Positions 37,917 through 52,036 of a stretch of DNA of 64,000 nt are shown in pieces. Positions within the stretch are counted from its first letter, which is position 1, and every line of letters begins with the position of its first letter. The stretch is taken from NCBI RefSeq assembly GCF_006345805.1, contig NC_042999.1, forward strand, positions 6,634,001 to 6,698,000, written 5' to 3'. A program made the position numbers and the translations under genes. Below the pieces are notes generated by a model. The model saw only the letters and a list, made by a program, of their open reading frames with translations, was not told the DNA's origin and searched no databases. The DNA is from Octopus sinensis (Eukaryota).

Positions 37917-38620
37917 TTTAAGTTTTTATTACAGCTCTCTCTCTCTTTCCCTCTGTTTCTCTCTCTCTCTCTCTTTATCTCTGTTTGTCTCTCTCTCTAT
38001 TTCGTCAGCGACTATCGTACCACAACGTTTCCTTTAAATATTCTATTTCTGCTCAAGACCCCAGAAAAAGGGAAAAAAAAAAAACGCCATCCACTTTTGA
38101 CCGCATCTTCTGAGAAATATAAAACCACATTTCCTCATTATGCGTTCACAGTTTTACTTCTGTAACTCAACTGTTACAATTTGTTTGTTTATAAAAAATA
38201 TCGACGTGTACGACTTGTTGACAACGTTTTCCCTCTCGTTCTGACATCCGGACACAACTTTAACTAGTTTAGTCATCACCGATGACAGCTAAATTTTGCT
38301 TCCTTCTTACCTTAAGATATTAACTGACATTTTTCACTTTTTTTACCAATGTTTTAAACAATGTCGAAACATTTATGAAGTCGGTTTGAACGTCCAATAT
38401 TTTTCTTTACAATTTTACTTTTCCAGCATTCGAAACGCCCAGACGACACCAGCTTCTTTCTTTGTCTCTCGTTTTGCACACACAACAATCACAAACATAT
38501 TTATTTCGGTTATTTTTTTCCATTATTATCTATCTTTTTTTTTTTAATCTGGTTTATTTGTGATTGGACTGCGGCCATGCTGGGACATTGTATTGAAGGG
38601 TTTTAATACACGGGTGGAGA

Positions 38621-39172
38621 AGGTCGCCTAGGTGGCGGAAGCGTTAGCACCACGGGCGAAATGCATAGCGGTATTTCGTCTGTCGCTACGTTCTGAGTTC
38701 AAATTCCGTCGAGGTCAACTTTGCCTGTCATCATTTCGGGGTCGGTTAAATAAGTACTAGTTACGCACTGGGGTCGATATAATCGACTTAATCCGTTTGT
38801 CTGTCCTTGTTTGTCCTCCCCGTGTTTAGCCCCTTGTGGGTAGTAAAGAAATAGGTATTTCGTCTGCCGCTACGTTCTGAATTCAAATTCCGCCGAGGTC
38901 GACTTTGCCTTTCATCCTTTCGGGGTCGATTAAATAAGTACCAGTTACGCACTGGGGTCGATATAATCGACTTAATCCGTTTGTCTGTCCTTGTTTGTCC
39001 CTTCTGTGTGTAGCCCTTTGTGGGCAATAAAGAAATAGGTATTTCGCCGAGGTCGACTTTGCCTTTCGTCCTTTTGGGGTCGATAAATTAAGTACCAGAT
39101 GCATACTGGGGTCGATCTATTCGGCTGGCCCTCTCCCCCAAAATGTTGGGCCTTGTGCCTAAAGTAGAAAAG
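38621..39172 (+). mobile_element. SINE family B trimer (type 1, type 1, type 2 tails)
   Basis: Two aaagaaatag|gtatttcg junctions; decayed TSD aataca(c)ggg(a)tggaga on both sides. Confidence 0.85.
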
Positions 39173-39563
39173 AATACAGGGATGGAGATCACAAGTTTTA
39201 ACTTTTGTATCAGTGTAGATCTTGTATATATCTATGTATAATTCGATATACGTTAATAAAGATAAGTTTAACTCATTAAATTAACGCGTAACATCTTCGT
39301 TAACACCGCCACTGAATTCAGGACGTATGTATTACTTCTGAGGTGTTCTTTATTTTTCAGCTGGAGTGTAGTTGTGTCTCAAGAGGTGGTACAAACTTAG
39401 CAGTATGTGTTTTATAGTGAAAGTAAAATTTCCATTTAAAAGGCAATTACCAGACGAGTTTCTGTTCGTGTCTAATCGTTTTAAGTCGGAGTGGAAAAGC
39501 GACCAAAGTTGCAAAGAGGCAGACGAATATTATATAAATTTTGTAATTGAAAAGTTTATTATA

Positions 39564-39956
39564 GGCGCAGGAGTGGCTGTGTGGTAAGTAGCTTGTTTAT
39601 CAACCACATGGTTCCTGGTTCAGTCCCACTGCGTGGCACCTTGGGCAAGTGTCTTCTACTATAGTCTCGGGCCGACCAAAGCCTTGTGAGTGGATTTGGT
39701 AGACGGAAACTGAAAGAAGCCCGTCGTATATATGTGTATATATATATGCGTGTGTCTGTTTGTCCCCCTAGCATTCCTTGACAACCGATGCTGGTGTGTT
39801 TATGTCCCCGTTACTTAGCGGTTCGGCAAAATAGACCGATAGAATAAGTACTGGGCTTACAAAAGAATAAGTCCCGGGGTCGAGTTGCTCGATTAAAAAG
39901 GCGGTGCTCCAGCATGGCCGCAGTCAAATGACTGAAACCATTAAAAGAGTAAAGAG
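39564..39956 (+). mobile_element. SINE family A
   Basis: Full-length copy. Confidence 0.9.
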
Positions 39957-40218
39957 TATATTTTATACATACGAGTAAAGAGTATATTTTGTACAGCCTG
40001 TGGGCGCAATAAGATGGGCTCGCTGGCGCGGGTATCCTCACCCCTGGTGTAATAGAACAAATCAACTCCAGTACTTGTTTTTAAAATTTGTTACTTATGC
40101 TGTTAGTCTCAGCTGAGCTTAGTAAAGTATCAAGAATTGTCAAAGGCCGAAGTGCCTTCAAGTACGTTGAAAAGAACAGCCTGTGGTCCTAGCTATGTCA
40201 AGGATAGGATTTCGCCGG

Positions 40219-40318
40219 NNNNNNNNNNNNNNNNNNNNNNNNNNNNNNNNNNNNNNNNNNNNNNNNNNNNNNNNNNNNNNNNNNNNNNNNNNNNNNNNNN
40301 NNNNNNNNNNNNNNNNNN
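40219..40318. other. Assembly gap (100 N)
   Basis: Direct. Confidence 1.
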
Positions 40319-40601
40319 TGTGAGAAAGCAGCTCCTTACTCAGAAGAGAACACACACACACACACGCGCGCGCGCGCAAGCACGCACGCACATACATACA
40401 TGCATGCATTGCACAAGATGGCGCCGACAACGTCAGGCGTGTAGGCATAAAGGACCATTTAAAATTTTGTTTTGAACGTTTTCGCCTACATTTATGCTGA
40501 CCCCTCCAGCCTTATTGGTAACGAGTTTATTTCTCCCAATATAAAAAGGAAAAACACATTTCATTTACCAATGCAACAGAATTAAAAGAAAATATACCTT
40601 A

Positions 40602-40998
40602 CTAGCAGTATCGCCCGGTGTTGCTCGGGTTTGTAAGGGAAATAACTATATAAGCATTTTTAGAGAGTTATAGCCAAAAATTAGCAAAAAAATGCATTAA
40701 AATTGAAAAAAAAATGATGAATTTTTTTTTTAAATCGTTGACTCATCGTAGACTTTTTAAGAGAGTGACTCCCTTATATAATAGCGAAAAAAATGCATTA
40801 AAATGGAAAAAAATGATGGTAATTTTTTTTTAAAAATCGTAGACTCATCGTAGACGCGCGCTAATACCCAGAAGGGCTCGATATGAATCACGACTATAAG
40901 ATACCTGGTTTTGGTTAAACTACACCGCAAAATGTGGGAGTAGTTAGGAATCTAAATCGTAGGAGACAGACACACAACCTCTCTTTTATATATAAAGA
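40602..40998 (-). mobile_element. Non-autonomous Helitron, copy 2
   Basis: Same termini in reverse orientation; carries an internal duplicated segment. Confidence 0.85.
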
Positions 40999-41427
40999 TA
41001 TCACGTAGAATTTCGCTAACACGATCATGGCTGAAATTAATAACTATCGACGAAAGCAGCATTACAGCACCTTGAAGCTATCCACGAAGAGATAAGTACT
41101 TCTCTCATTTTACTTGGACTCTACATCTAAACCAAGATTTACTTCGATGGAAAATATGCAATAATTTTCTCTACTTTAAGATGAGACTTTGTTTCCGTTA
41201 TTGACATTCCAAACGATGGAGTTTTGTATCTGTGTTCGAAACCAGTTCCTTCCTGAGTGGAAGAATTTAAAATGATTAAAAACAGAAGCGAACACGCATA
41301 CATAGAGACGCAATTATACTTTTGGGTGGGAGTGAGTGTGTGGCGGTGAGTGAGTGTCTGTGGTGTGTGTATGAGGAGTTCGTTGAGGTTTTGATTCCCT
41401 CTTCATTCTTCTTATATCTCACCTCAC

Positions 41428-42385
<958 letters not shown>

Positions 42386-42471
42386 GTAGTATAAGGGTGG
42401 AAAGAAACACACGAGTTGATATATATGAAAAAACAGTCAAAAATAGAAAATGCTAAGATAATTTTATAGTG

Positions 42472-42524
42472 AATCTTTCAGTACCGGTTTCGGTCATTTT
42501 GAGACCTTTTCAACTGTAACGATT
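42472..42524 (-). ncRNA. Minimal type I hammerhead ribozyme, U3:A8 core variant
   Basis: Minus strand: aatcgtta-cag TTGAAAA ggtc-tcaaaat-gacc GAAA CCGG TA ctg-aaagatt. Stem II is 4 bp, stem III is the palindrome ACCGGT, and stem I is cag/ctg plus aatc/gatt. Confidence 0.75.
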
Positions 42525-43337
42525 AAATAATTAAATTTAGAAAAATTAGAAGAAAAGTTTTTTTAAAAGGAATATTTCTATAGTAGTGTTCAGATATAAG
42601 TGGATTCTGCCTTTCTTGACTCCCTTGTTTGCACTTGTGTGTTCGAGGTCGTTGTGAGTTCTTGGTAGGGTAGGTGAAGAATAAGGAGGCTGATGTGGAG
42701 AGGGGGGTGGGGGAGATCTGGGAATGCCTTGATGGTCGTATTTTGAATGGTCAGTGGCGGACAGCAGTCGCAGTTCAATTCAGGAATTGTTTATGGAATT
42801 TGCGTAGGCGTTATACTGAAAGGCATTAGTGACAAGGTTAAGGGGTAGAAGGTGGAGAAGTAGAAGAAGAAGAAGATGACGATGTTGTTGATGATGATGA
42901 TGATGAAGAAGAAGAAGAAGAAGAAGGAGGGAAGGAGAAGATGATGATGATGATGGTGGTGATGATGATGACGACGATGATGATGATAATGATGATGATG
43001 AAGAGAAGAGGAAGAAGAAGAAAAAAAACAGAGAAGGGAGAATATGAATGGGTGAAAGTATAGCTGTGATGGGGCTGATTAGTAATGGATTCTATGGAAT
43101 GTAATATTTGTGTGTTGTATATATTTCTTTTATTCTAAAGTTGAGGTATACTAATTGTTGTCGTAGACCCGTTAAGAAGTGGCCGTATTTTGTAATAAAG
43201 AGATTTTCTTTACTTATTCGTTGTCTCGAGGTTGTATCGTCCCTAAATGGTAGAGGGGGAAAATCCTGAAGTTTGGTGTTTTTTTGTTGGCGCAAGTATC
43301 TATGTGTTGCTCTAAAGCTATTTTCTGTTTTGAGGAG

Positions 43338-43431
43338 TTGTTTTAAACAGGGTGTCTAAAAAGTTACTGAGGCGGTGGGTTTCGCATGCGGGACCTGCTA
43401 TTATGGGTCTCAATTTGAGGTCATTAGGATT
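43338..43431 (-). pseudogene. Inverted PLE RT fragment (KLRPIIAGPACETHRLSNFLD)
   Basis: The minus-strand ORF 43318-43500 contains the RPII motif typical of PLE RT, and it is contiguous in protein terms with the plus-strand LDTLLKP. Confidence 0.85.
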
Positions 43432-44920
43432 AGACACCCTGTTAAAACCACTCCTCAAACATGTCAAAAAGCTTATAAGGGACGACTTAGATATGCTCAA
43501 TCACCTACCGAATACTATAAACAAAAACCCATACTGGTATCCTCGATGTAGTCAACCTCTACTCCAATATCCCCACACCTAGGACTAGAGGCAATCCAAT
43601 TCTGGCTAGAGAATCACGCCAACGAACTACCACACCGCATCAAAAATAATTCGTGATAGAAGGGGTTAATTCCCTGGAAAATAACTTCTTCGCCTTCAAT
43701 GACAACTTCTACCGACAAAAATCGGGGACTGCGATGGGTACATGAATAGCCCCCTCTTTTTGCCAACCTAGTCATAGGATACCTAGAGATCAGTCTGTAT
43801 CGTAAGGTCTAGAAAGATATGGCAGCCCTTTCCCATCTACATAGAAACACTGGAAGAGATATCTAGATGACTGTTTCATTCTTTGGCATAAAATATAGAA
43901 AAACTCTTAGAATTCCAGGAATTTAAACGGACTGGACGTAAACATCCAATTCACGATGGAATATAGCCAGCAACAACTCCCCTTCCTCGATATCCTCATT
44001 AAGAAAGCTAATAATATAATAGAAACAGACATAATACTTAAGCCTACAGACTCTAAGCAATATCTTCCATTCAATTCATGCCACCCCAGACACACCAGGT
44101 ATGAATATCCCCTTCAATCTAGCAAAAAGGATATGCACTATAGTCTCTAACGCAACCACAGAGACACACGACTACAAGAACTAAAAGATCCCTTATCACC
44201 AGGAACTATCCACCTTCACTTATTGACAAGTGCATTCAACGTGCCCTTCAACTTAACATCAAGGAACTGAGACATCCAAATCAAAGAAAAACTTACAACC
44301 AAAAGCCTTACCATACATCTCCACACACAACCCTCTCAATAACGAAGCCTTCGGCAACATCCTCCACACATAACCCTCCTAAAAAAAGACCACAGAATGA
44401 ACACAATCCTCCAAACACACACGATCATAAAAAGCAAAAGACAGCCTAGATCCATGAAAAGTCTCCTAACACAAGCTCGAATTCACTCTTCAACACAGAA
44501 GCCGACAGTAAAAAAATGTGGAAGACACCAATTGCGGGATATGCGACTATCTAATTGAGGATCGAGTTCTCCTTCAAACAGGGACAACGGTTTACAGTGA
44601 AAAGCAACTTCACATGTGCTTCGGAGAACCTAATATACTCACTAACTGCTCCGGGTGTCAAGAGCAGTATATAGGCCAAACAAAAAATGGTTTGCGTAAA
44701 CGAATGGCCCTGCACAGATCCCAGATAAAAATCCCCAAAACAGAAAAATAGCTTTTAGCCAACACATAGATACTTGCGCCAACAAAAAAACACCAAACTT
44801 CAGGATTTTCCCCCTCTACCAATTTAGGGACGATACAACCTCGAGACAACGAATAAGTAAAGAAAATCTCTTTATTACAAAATACAGGCCACTTCTTAAC
44901 GGGTCTACGACAACAATTAA
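43432..44920 (+). pseudogene. Penelope-like element ORF (reverse transcriptase + Cys-rich linker + GIY-YIG endonuclease), 5'-truncated and frameshifted
   Basis: Motifs read across frames: LDTLLKPLLKHV, GTAMG (~43725), WKRYLDDCFILW (43851-43886), LPFLDILI, KPTDSKQYLPFNSCHP, KKCGR..CGIC, CSGCQEQYIGQTKNGLRKRMALHRS, HIDTC..FRIFPLY..KENLFITKY. This is the RT + GIY-YIG layout diagnostic of PLEs. The Cys-rich linker suggests a Neptune-type element (inference). Confidence 0.93.
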
Positions 44921-45563
44921 TATACCTCAACTTTAGAATAAAAGAAATATATACACACACAAATATTACATTCCTAGAATCCATTACTAATCAGCCCCAT
45001 CACAGCTATACTTTCACCCATTCATATTCTCCCTTCTCTGTTTTTTCTTCTTCCTCCTCTTCTTCTTCATCATCATCATTTCATCATCATCGTCGTCATC
45101 ATCATCACCACCATCATCATCATCATCTTCTCCTTCTCCTTCCTTCTTCTTCTTCTTCTTCTCTTCTTCTTCTTCTTCTTCTTCTTCATCATCATCATCA
45201 TCAACATCGTCATCTTCTTCTTCTTCTACTTCTCCACCTTCTACCCCTTAACCTTGTCACTATGGCCCTCAGTATAACGCCTACGCAAATTCCATAAACA
45301 ATTCCTGAATTGAACTGCGACTGCTGTCCGCCACTGACCATTCAAAATACGACCATCAAGGCATTCCCAGATCTCCCCACCCCCTCTCCACATCAGCCTC
45401 CTTATTCTTCACCTACCCTACCAAGAACTCACAACGACCTCGAACACACAAGTGCAAACAAGGGAGTCAGAGAAAGGCAGAATGCCACTTATATCTGAAC
45501 ACTACTATAGAAATATTCCTTTTAAAAAAACTTTTCTTCTAATTTTTCTAAATTTAATTATTT

Positions 45564-45614
45564 AATCGTTACAGTTGAAAAAGTCTCAAAATGACGAAAC
45601 CGGTACTGAAAGAT
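45564..45614 (+). ncRNA. Minimal type I hammerhead ribozyme, U3:A8 core variant (second arm copy)
   Basis: cag TTGAAAA a gtc-tcaaaat-gac GAAA CCGG TA ctg; mirror copy of 42472-42524. Confidence 0.7.
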
Positions 45615-46734
45615 CACTATAAAATTTTCTTAGCATTTTCTATTTTTGACTTGGTTTTTCATATATATATATGTATATATATATGCGTGTAAACACTCAC
45701 ATCCGTGTGCGTGCGCACGCGGGCCTTCTTGTTCACACACACACACGCACACACACATGCAAACACATATATGCATAAATCGTTCTACTCACCCATGTCT
45801 TTCCATCCGTGTCTCTCTCCTCAGCTTCCCCCCCCTCGTATACATATTCTTATATAATATTTATGTATAAAACTTTATATCTGTATAAAAGACAAATCAC
45901 ACACACACACGTATGTATATATGTATATTGCCATATACTGAGGCGTCTGTATACATGTGTTATCTCCAGATACCCCACCTCACCGCCCCCATATCGTTAA
46001 TAACACTTACCATGAACAGCACAATTGCGATGTTAATATTGCAGCTTAATTCGAAGAAGTAACAGCATAACCTAAGTGCCATTAATAGATGTCTGCGATT
46101 AGTCCAAGAATAGGTCAGCGAGATGAACCATAGAGTTAAATGGAGAGATTCTGCAGAATCTTAAATGTGTACAGAAATATCGCCAAAATAGGATTTATTT
46201 TGATTGGATATAAAATGAAGTTTTGTAAAGAAGGTCTATAGATGCGTACCATCCGCATTACTGGTACCAGTTTTACCATCTCAAGAACTTAGACTAGAGA
46301 AAGTGGTTCCCGTGAAGTATTAACGCTTTTTGTTTGAAAAACTTTCTCACAGAACAAAATATTCGGAATAAAGTTTTCGCATCTTTTGTCCTCTTCATTG
46401 TAAGCGTTATGGCAGTACTTGTTGCCCTCTCTCTGTCTTTGTCTACCTGCGTCCCTGTCTGTTTGTCCCTAACCCCTCCCCCTCGCCACACATACACACA
46501 CCATAAGAAATCCTATTCGTGCACGGTGCATTTTTGAATTGCACATGCTGGTTTGTTGAAATATGCGTCAAGGTGCAGACATGGCTATGATCATTTCGCA
46601 ATCCCTGGGGTCCTTCGGTTCAATTCCATCATACGACACGTTGAGTCAGTAATTGATTGAGTTATTTGATGGATCTATATTTTATGTGTGGAATTTAGAT
46701 GACGGAAAACCATAATGAAAGCCGTCGTGTATGT

Positions 46735-46910
<176 letters not shown>

Positions 46911-47109
46911 ACGTTTTAAAATGATATTGTCATGAAAATCAGAAATGAAATCAAAAGCGTTGAGCTCTAGGCAGCCGTTTTCGCAGGTGTCGTTCACAAA
47001 GATTTCTAAAACGAAAGAACATAAAGATAAGTGTTTCCTCTGAACTTTCATTTCATATTTCAAAGAAAACTAGCTCAGTTTACCAGCTGATGATCGAAAC
47101 ATTTTAATG

Positions 47110-47145
<36 letters not shown>

Positions 47146-48084
47146 GTGTGTATGTGTGTACGCTGCCATACATAAAGTGGCTTCTCACCTTGTTTGGACT
47201 TTCTAATACGAAGAAAAAACAAAACTTTGACGTAAGGATTAGAAAGATACTAACTCCTATATCCTTGAGTTTGGATACAGACTACGCTGTAACACTATAA
47301 AAACTAAATCAGTAATAAACACGTAACAAACTTATATCTCTTCTCAGCGACTTCTACGACTGCCTTCGCAAATGCGACTGCACACACCACACTGTACCTC
47401 GCACTGCCAGTACGCATGCGCCTTTATAAAGTTTAGGATTGTTCACCTGCTAACTCACTGAGGAGTCAGGATTTCCCCACACCATCTCCCTCTTTTCCTT
47501 GGAGTCAATATTTTTCTTTTATTTATTATATATTTATTACCACCTCCTCCACTTAAAAACATTTCTACCTAATTTCCCGGGAAAAATTGAAATATTTTTT
47601 CGCTTTGTCTCTATTTGCAAAAGTTCTGTTTGTTTTCTTTTCCTAGTCGATGTACTTGTTGGTTCGACTATTCCTTGAGGTATCGGGAAGTCAAAAGTGT
47701 CGTAAAGAAATTCCATTGGTTCTTCATGTCTTACTCTTTTTTACGTAAATCTTTTTTTCAGTTGGTTTAAATGTATTTTGTGTTCCCACGTATGACCTTT
47801 TATCATGTACGTTATTTTTCCTAAACCTTTACTTACTATACCTTCTTCCCAACTTTCCTTTCCATTTCTCTATATTAAAAAAAAACACCTTTTCACCGAT
47901 TTTGAAGTATTTTATCTTATTTTCGGTGTTTGTCTCCATTTTTTTCTTTTCTTCCCGGTAGTAATTTGTCAAACTCTGACCTGACGTTCGTGGCAAACAT
48001 TAGTTCAGCCGACGACCTACCTGAAGTGGTGTTGGAGTTCGGTGTTATTTAGTAGACATTTAAGAATTGCGTCAATGCAGTATC

Positions 48085-48193
<109 letters not shown>

Positions 48194-48211
48194 CATACAT
48201 ACATACATACA

Positions 48212-48247
<36 letters not shown>

Positions 48248-48591
48248 TATACACAGACTGAATATAATAGAGTCAACAAGGAGTACGTTAGACCGGTATT
48301 TAATAAACACTACACACGTTTCGATTCAATATAGATCCACATATACGCAGGATTTAAATTAAGCAGCGGTTTATCTGTATAATGGGATCCAGTTGTATCT
48401 CCTCAGGTGATATACAGACGCTGTCCCCGTTAGTAAACCTTTGACTTCGATGGCACAGAATTAGAACGTGACAATAACAACTGGTCTAATTCTAGGGATA
48501 TATTTTCATATATTTTACAAATAATCCCTTCTGTATTTCTGGGATTACTAAAATGTTCTGTCTTCACATCCTGAAGAGGCAATATATTGGC

Positions 48592-48804
48592 TTCAAAGTT
48601 TGGCACAAGGCCAGGTATTTCGGAGGAGGGCGTAAGCTTATTAGATCGACCCCAGTATTCAACTGGTAGTTATTTTATCGACCCTGAATAAAAGGAAAGG
48701 CAAAGTCTGCCTTGGTGGCATTTGAACTCAGAATGTGGAAACGGACGAAATGCTATTAAGCATTTTGTCCGGCATACAAAACGATTCTACCCGTTCGTCG
48801 CCTT
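48592..48804 (-). mobile_element. SINE family B, diverged
   Basis: Homology; head-to-head with the 48867 dimer. Confidence 0.75.
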
Positions 48805-48866
48805 CCGGATAGAGGTAATATATTGGTATCAGGAACATTCGATTTTGATATATTTATGAAAGTATG

Positions 48867-49280
48867 GCGGCGAGCTGGCAGAAACGTTAGCACGCCGGGC
48901 GAAATGCGTAGCCGTATTTCGTCTGCCGTTACGCTCTGGGTTCAAATACCGCCGAGGTCGACTTTGCCTTTCATCCTTTCAGGGTCGATAAATTAAGTAG
49001 CATTTACGCACTGGGGTCGCTGTAATCGACTTAATCAGTTTGTCTGTCCTTGTTTGTCCCCTCTGTGTTTAGCCCCTTGTGGGTAGTAAATTAATAGGTA
49101 TTTCATCTGCCGTTACGTTCTGGGTTCAAATTCCGCCGAGGTCGTCTTTGCCTTTCATCCTTTCGGGGTCGATAAATTAAGTACCATTTACGCACTGGGG
49201 TCCATGTAATCGACTTAATCCGTTTGTCTGTCCTTGTTTGTCCCCGCTGTGTTTAGCCCCTTGTGGGTAGTAAAGAAATG
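48867..49280 (+). mobile_element. SINE family B dimer
   Basis: TSD tatatttatgaa(a/t)gtatg at 48849-48866 and 49281-49298. Confidence 0.88.
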
Positions 49281-50730
49281 TATATTTATGAATGTATGAG
49301 TCTAATGTAATAAATGAATTGAAACGCTTTCCGAAATATAGAACTCTTTGTAAACGAGAAAATGATACGAAAAAAGAGAAACAGGCTTGAAATACATCAA
49401 TCAGGAATTCGTGACTTTCTTACGCTGCATTCATCAAATTTCGTTATAACTTTTAATTATGATATTAATTATAGCCATCGCAGTTATTGTGAGCAGGAAG
49501 AGGCGTTATAATGGTTGAATTCAGTGCATCTCTATTATGAAAGGAAATGCAATAATGTATAAAGACGTATGAAGATTATTAAGGAAATTAATTCATCCAT
49601 CCATCCACCCAAACATACTTGCTTATGGCTGTTCATTAAACCAGATGATGATGACTTTCTCCTCCTTTTCTGTGGAATTTTTTAATGATTATTCGTCCTA
49701 ATTCTTCATCTCTAACTTGGATTATAAACGAGACTTGCAAATACCTCCTTGTTTCTTATCTTCTGGTGGTGCTGAGTGTGTTTATCCACTGCAGGAAGGA
49801 ATTACAACCGTGTTTCGTGGTCTGCTACCACAACAGCTCCTTTATAGGATCCAGTTAGCTCGAGACATCATCAGGAGGAACCACGTCCGGTTTCGGCCCC
49901 TACTCCTCTACCGTTTTGACGTGGCGGGGCCCCCTCCTTTCGGAGGTGTCTTCAGTGTTGGGTGTTGGGTGCATGTCTTCTTTCTTCTTTCTTCTGTTCC
50001 CTGGCCTCTTCGATGTAGCGTCAACGAGTGTCAGCGGGCGACTAACTGACTTGTCAAATTTTTTCCCTTTAAATACCTGCTGCTAGGCTCCAGCAAGTAG
50101 CCCCAGCAAGTTATCACGTGACACTGTGTCAACTTTAACTGACCAATGAAGGCGCGTAGGCTTAGCCCATGCATTCTCTAAACGACCGTCACCTGTCAAT
50201 CAGCGAAATAAAGAAATAACCTGTCAATCAGCGAAGCTAATTCAGTGTCAGCTTGTCTCACCTCGTGATGTTATTTCCCGTCGGCATGTTATGACTTTCA
50301 AGCCATTTTTGGTCTTCCCGCTTTGCCAACAGTGAAACCACCAAAGTTAAAGTCGGGCAGGAAGGGCTTCTACTTGTGAAGGATTTGTTTCATATTTCAA
50401 GAAAATTTCAGTTGACCTTAGAACTGCTTCGTTTGTCTTCCAGCCAGATTTTGATCAGAGATTTACCGGAAATCGAGGGTTTCAAGAGTAATAAGAACTA
50501 AACGTAAGTGTTTTTGTCATAGATTGTGGAAATTAGGGAAGAACCTTTGTCACCTTTCCTGCTACCCCTCACCGAGGTGATGAGTTATTCAGAAGCTTTG
50601 ACTACAGGACGAAGGAAGTCCTAACAAATACTGGCAGTCGTAAAGCCTTTTATATTTAACTCTGTTTCTTCACCAAAAAATCTAAACATAATTCCTCATA
50701 CAGAATTAGCGTAATTATTTTCTGTACATA

Positions 50731-51065
50731 GGCGCAGGAGTGGTTGTGTGGTAAATAGCTTACTTACCAACCACATGGTTCCGGGTTCAGTCCCACTGAG
50801 TGGCACCTAGGGCAAGTGTCTTCTACTATAGCCTCGGGCCGACCAAAGCTTTGTGAGTGGATTTGGTAGACGGAAACTGAAAGAAGTCCATCGTAGCTTG
50901 ACAACCGATGCTGGTGTGTTTACGTCCCCGTAACTTAGCGGTTCGGTAAAAGAGACCGATAGAATAAGTACTGGGCGTACAAAGAATAAGTCCTGGGGTC
51001 GATTTGCTCGACAAAAGGCGGTGCTCCAGCATGGCCACAGTCAAATGACTGAAACAAGTAAAAGA
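50731..51065 (+). mobile_element. SINE family A lacking the internal microsatellite
   Basis: Head and tail intact; central TA/TG tract deleted. Confidence 0.88.
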
Positions 51066-51416
51066 TAATTATTGTCAAGTAATTACTGAACATGAGTATA
51101 GAGCAATAATTACACATCATAGAAAATATTTCGGTTGCCGTGATCATATGGCTCCTCAACGGGTTTCAATTCTCCACCTAGAATTAATATGCTTTTCAAT
51201 GATTCATTCTATAAATGTTTACGCAATATTTTGAATGTTTCCTGATTATTGGAGAAGTGATAGATTGCTTCTTGTAAATTCGGAGTATTCACATTAACAT
51301 ACTTCATCGTCGCTGTTAGACATACAATTCCTTCGAAGAACAAAAATGGTTATTGACTACATTTTATGGTTTCGAAGTAAAAATAGAATTCATCCTTTAT
51401 CCAATTACGTCATTAA

Positions 51417-51812
51417 TCTTTATATATAAAAGAGAGGTTGTGTGCTGTCTGTCTCCTACGATTTAGATTCCTAACTACTCCCACATTTTGCGGTGCAGTT
51501 TAACCAAAACCAGGTATCTTATAGTCGTGATTCATATCGAGCCCTTCTGGGTATTAGCGCGCGTCTACGATGAGTCTACGATTTAAAAAAAAATTTACCA
51601 TAAATTTTTCCCATTTTTAATGCATTTTTGGCATATATAAGGGAAGTAACTCTCTAAAAATTTATTATTAAATCTCAGAACGTAAAAAGCTACAGTAACA
51701 CCCCCCCTTTTTGGTTAACCATATTGAGATGGCTATTATACTTTACATCTCTAAAAATGCTTATATAGTTATTTCCCTTACAAACCCGAGCAACGCCGGG
51801 CGATACTGCTAG
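51417..51812 (+). mobile_element. Non-autonomous Helitron, copy 3
   Basis: Same termini; ~95-bp internal insert bounded by tctctaaaaa. Confidence 0.85.
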
Positions 51813-52036
51813 TAAATTTATATAAACAAACTGACTGCGAAGTGCAATTATCACCACATGGAAATTGATATATTTTATAATGATTAGGTGAAAAATGTTG
51901 TGTTGCTTAACATGATTGATAAAGAGACTAAGGAGTCCCTTGACTGAGTTCGTTATATGTTCCAAATCTGTCCTACACTGAAGAAAAATAAAAACTGATA
52001 ACTATTTGCATAATAGTTTTTCCACGTTAATATATA

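Larger units (their letters stand above)
42420..45668. mobile_element. Penelope-like element with ~920-bp inverted terminal arms (inverted pseudo-LTR), flanked by (TA)n
   Basis: 42420-43337 is the reverse complement of 44733-45668 (GIY-YIG C-terminus + 3' UTR with GAT/GAA repeats). (TA)n lies on both sides. Confidence 0.92.

Noticed and set aside
40412-40425. caagatggcgcc YY1-like motif beside the gap
   Set aside because: A single short motif; the adjacent gap prevents assessing context.
47080-47105. CTGATGA-TC-GAAACATT, possible helix-II-less hammerhead
   Set aside because: No stem I complementarity in the flanks.
47400-47470. acgcatgcgc (NRF1-like) next to tttataaa, promoter-like
   Set aside because: Two short motifs only; no associated exon or CpG-rich context to support it.
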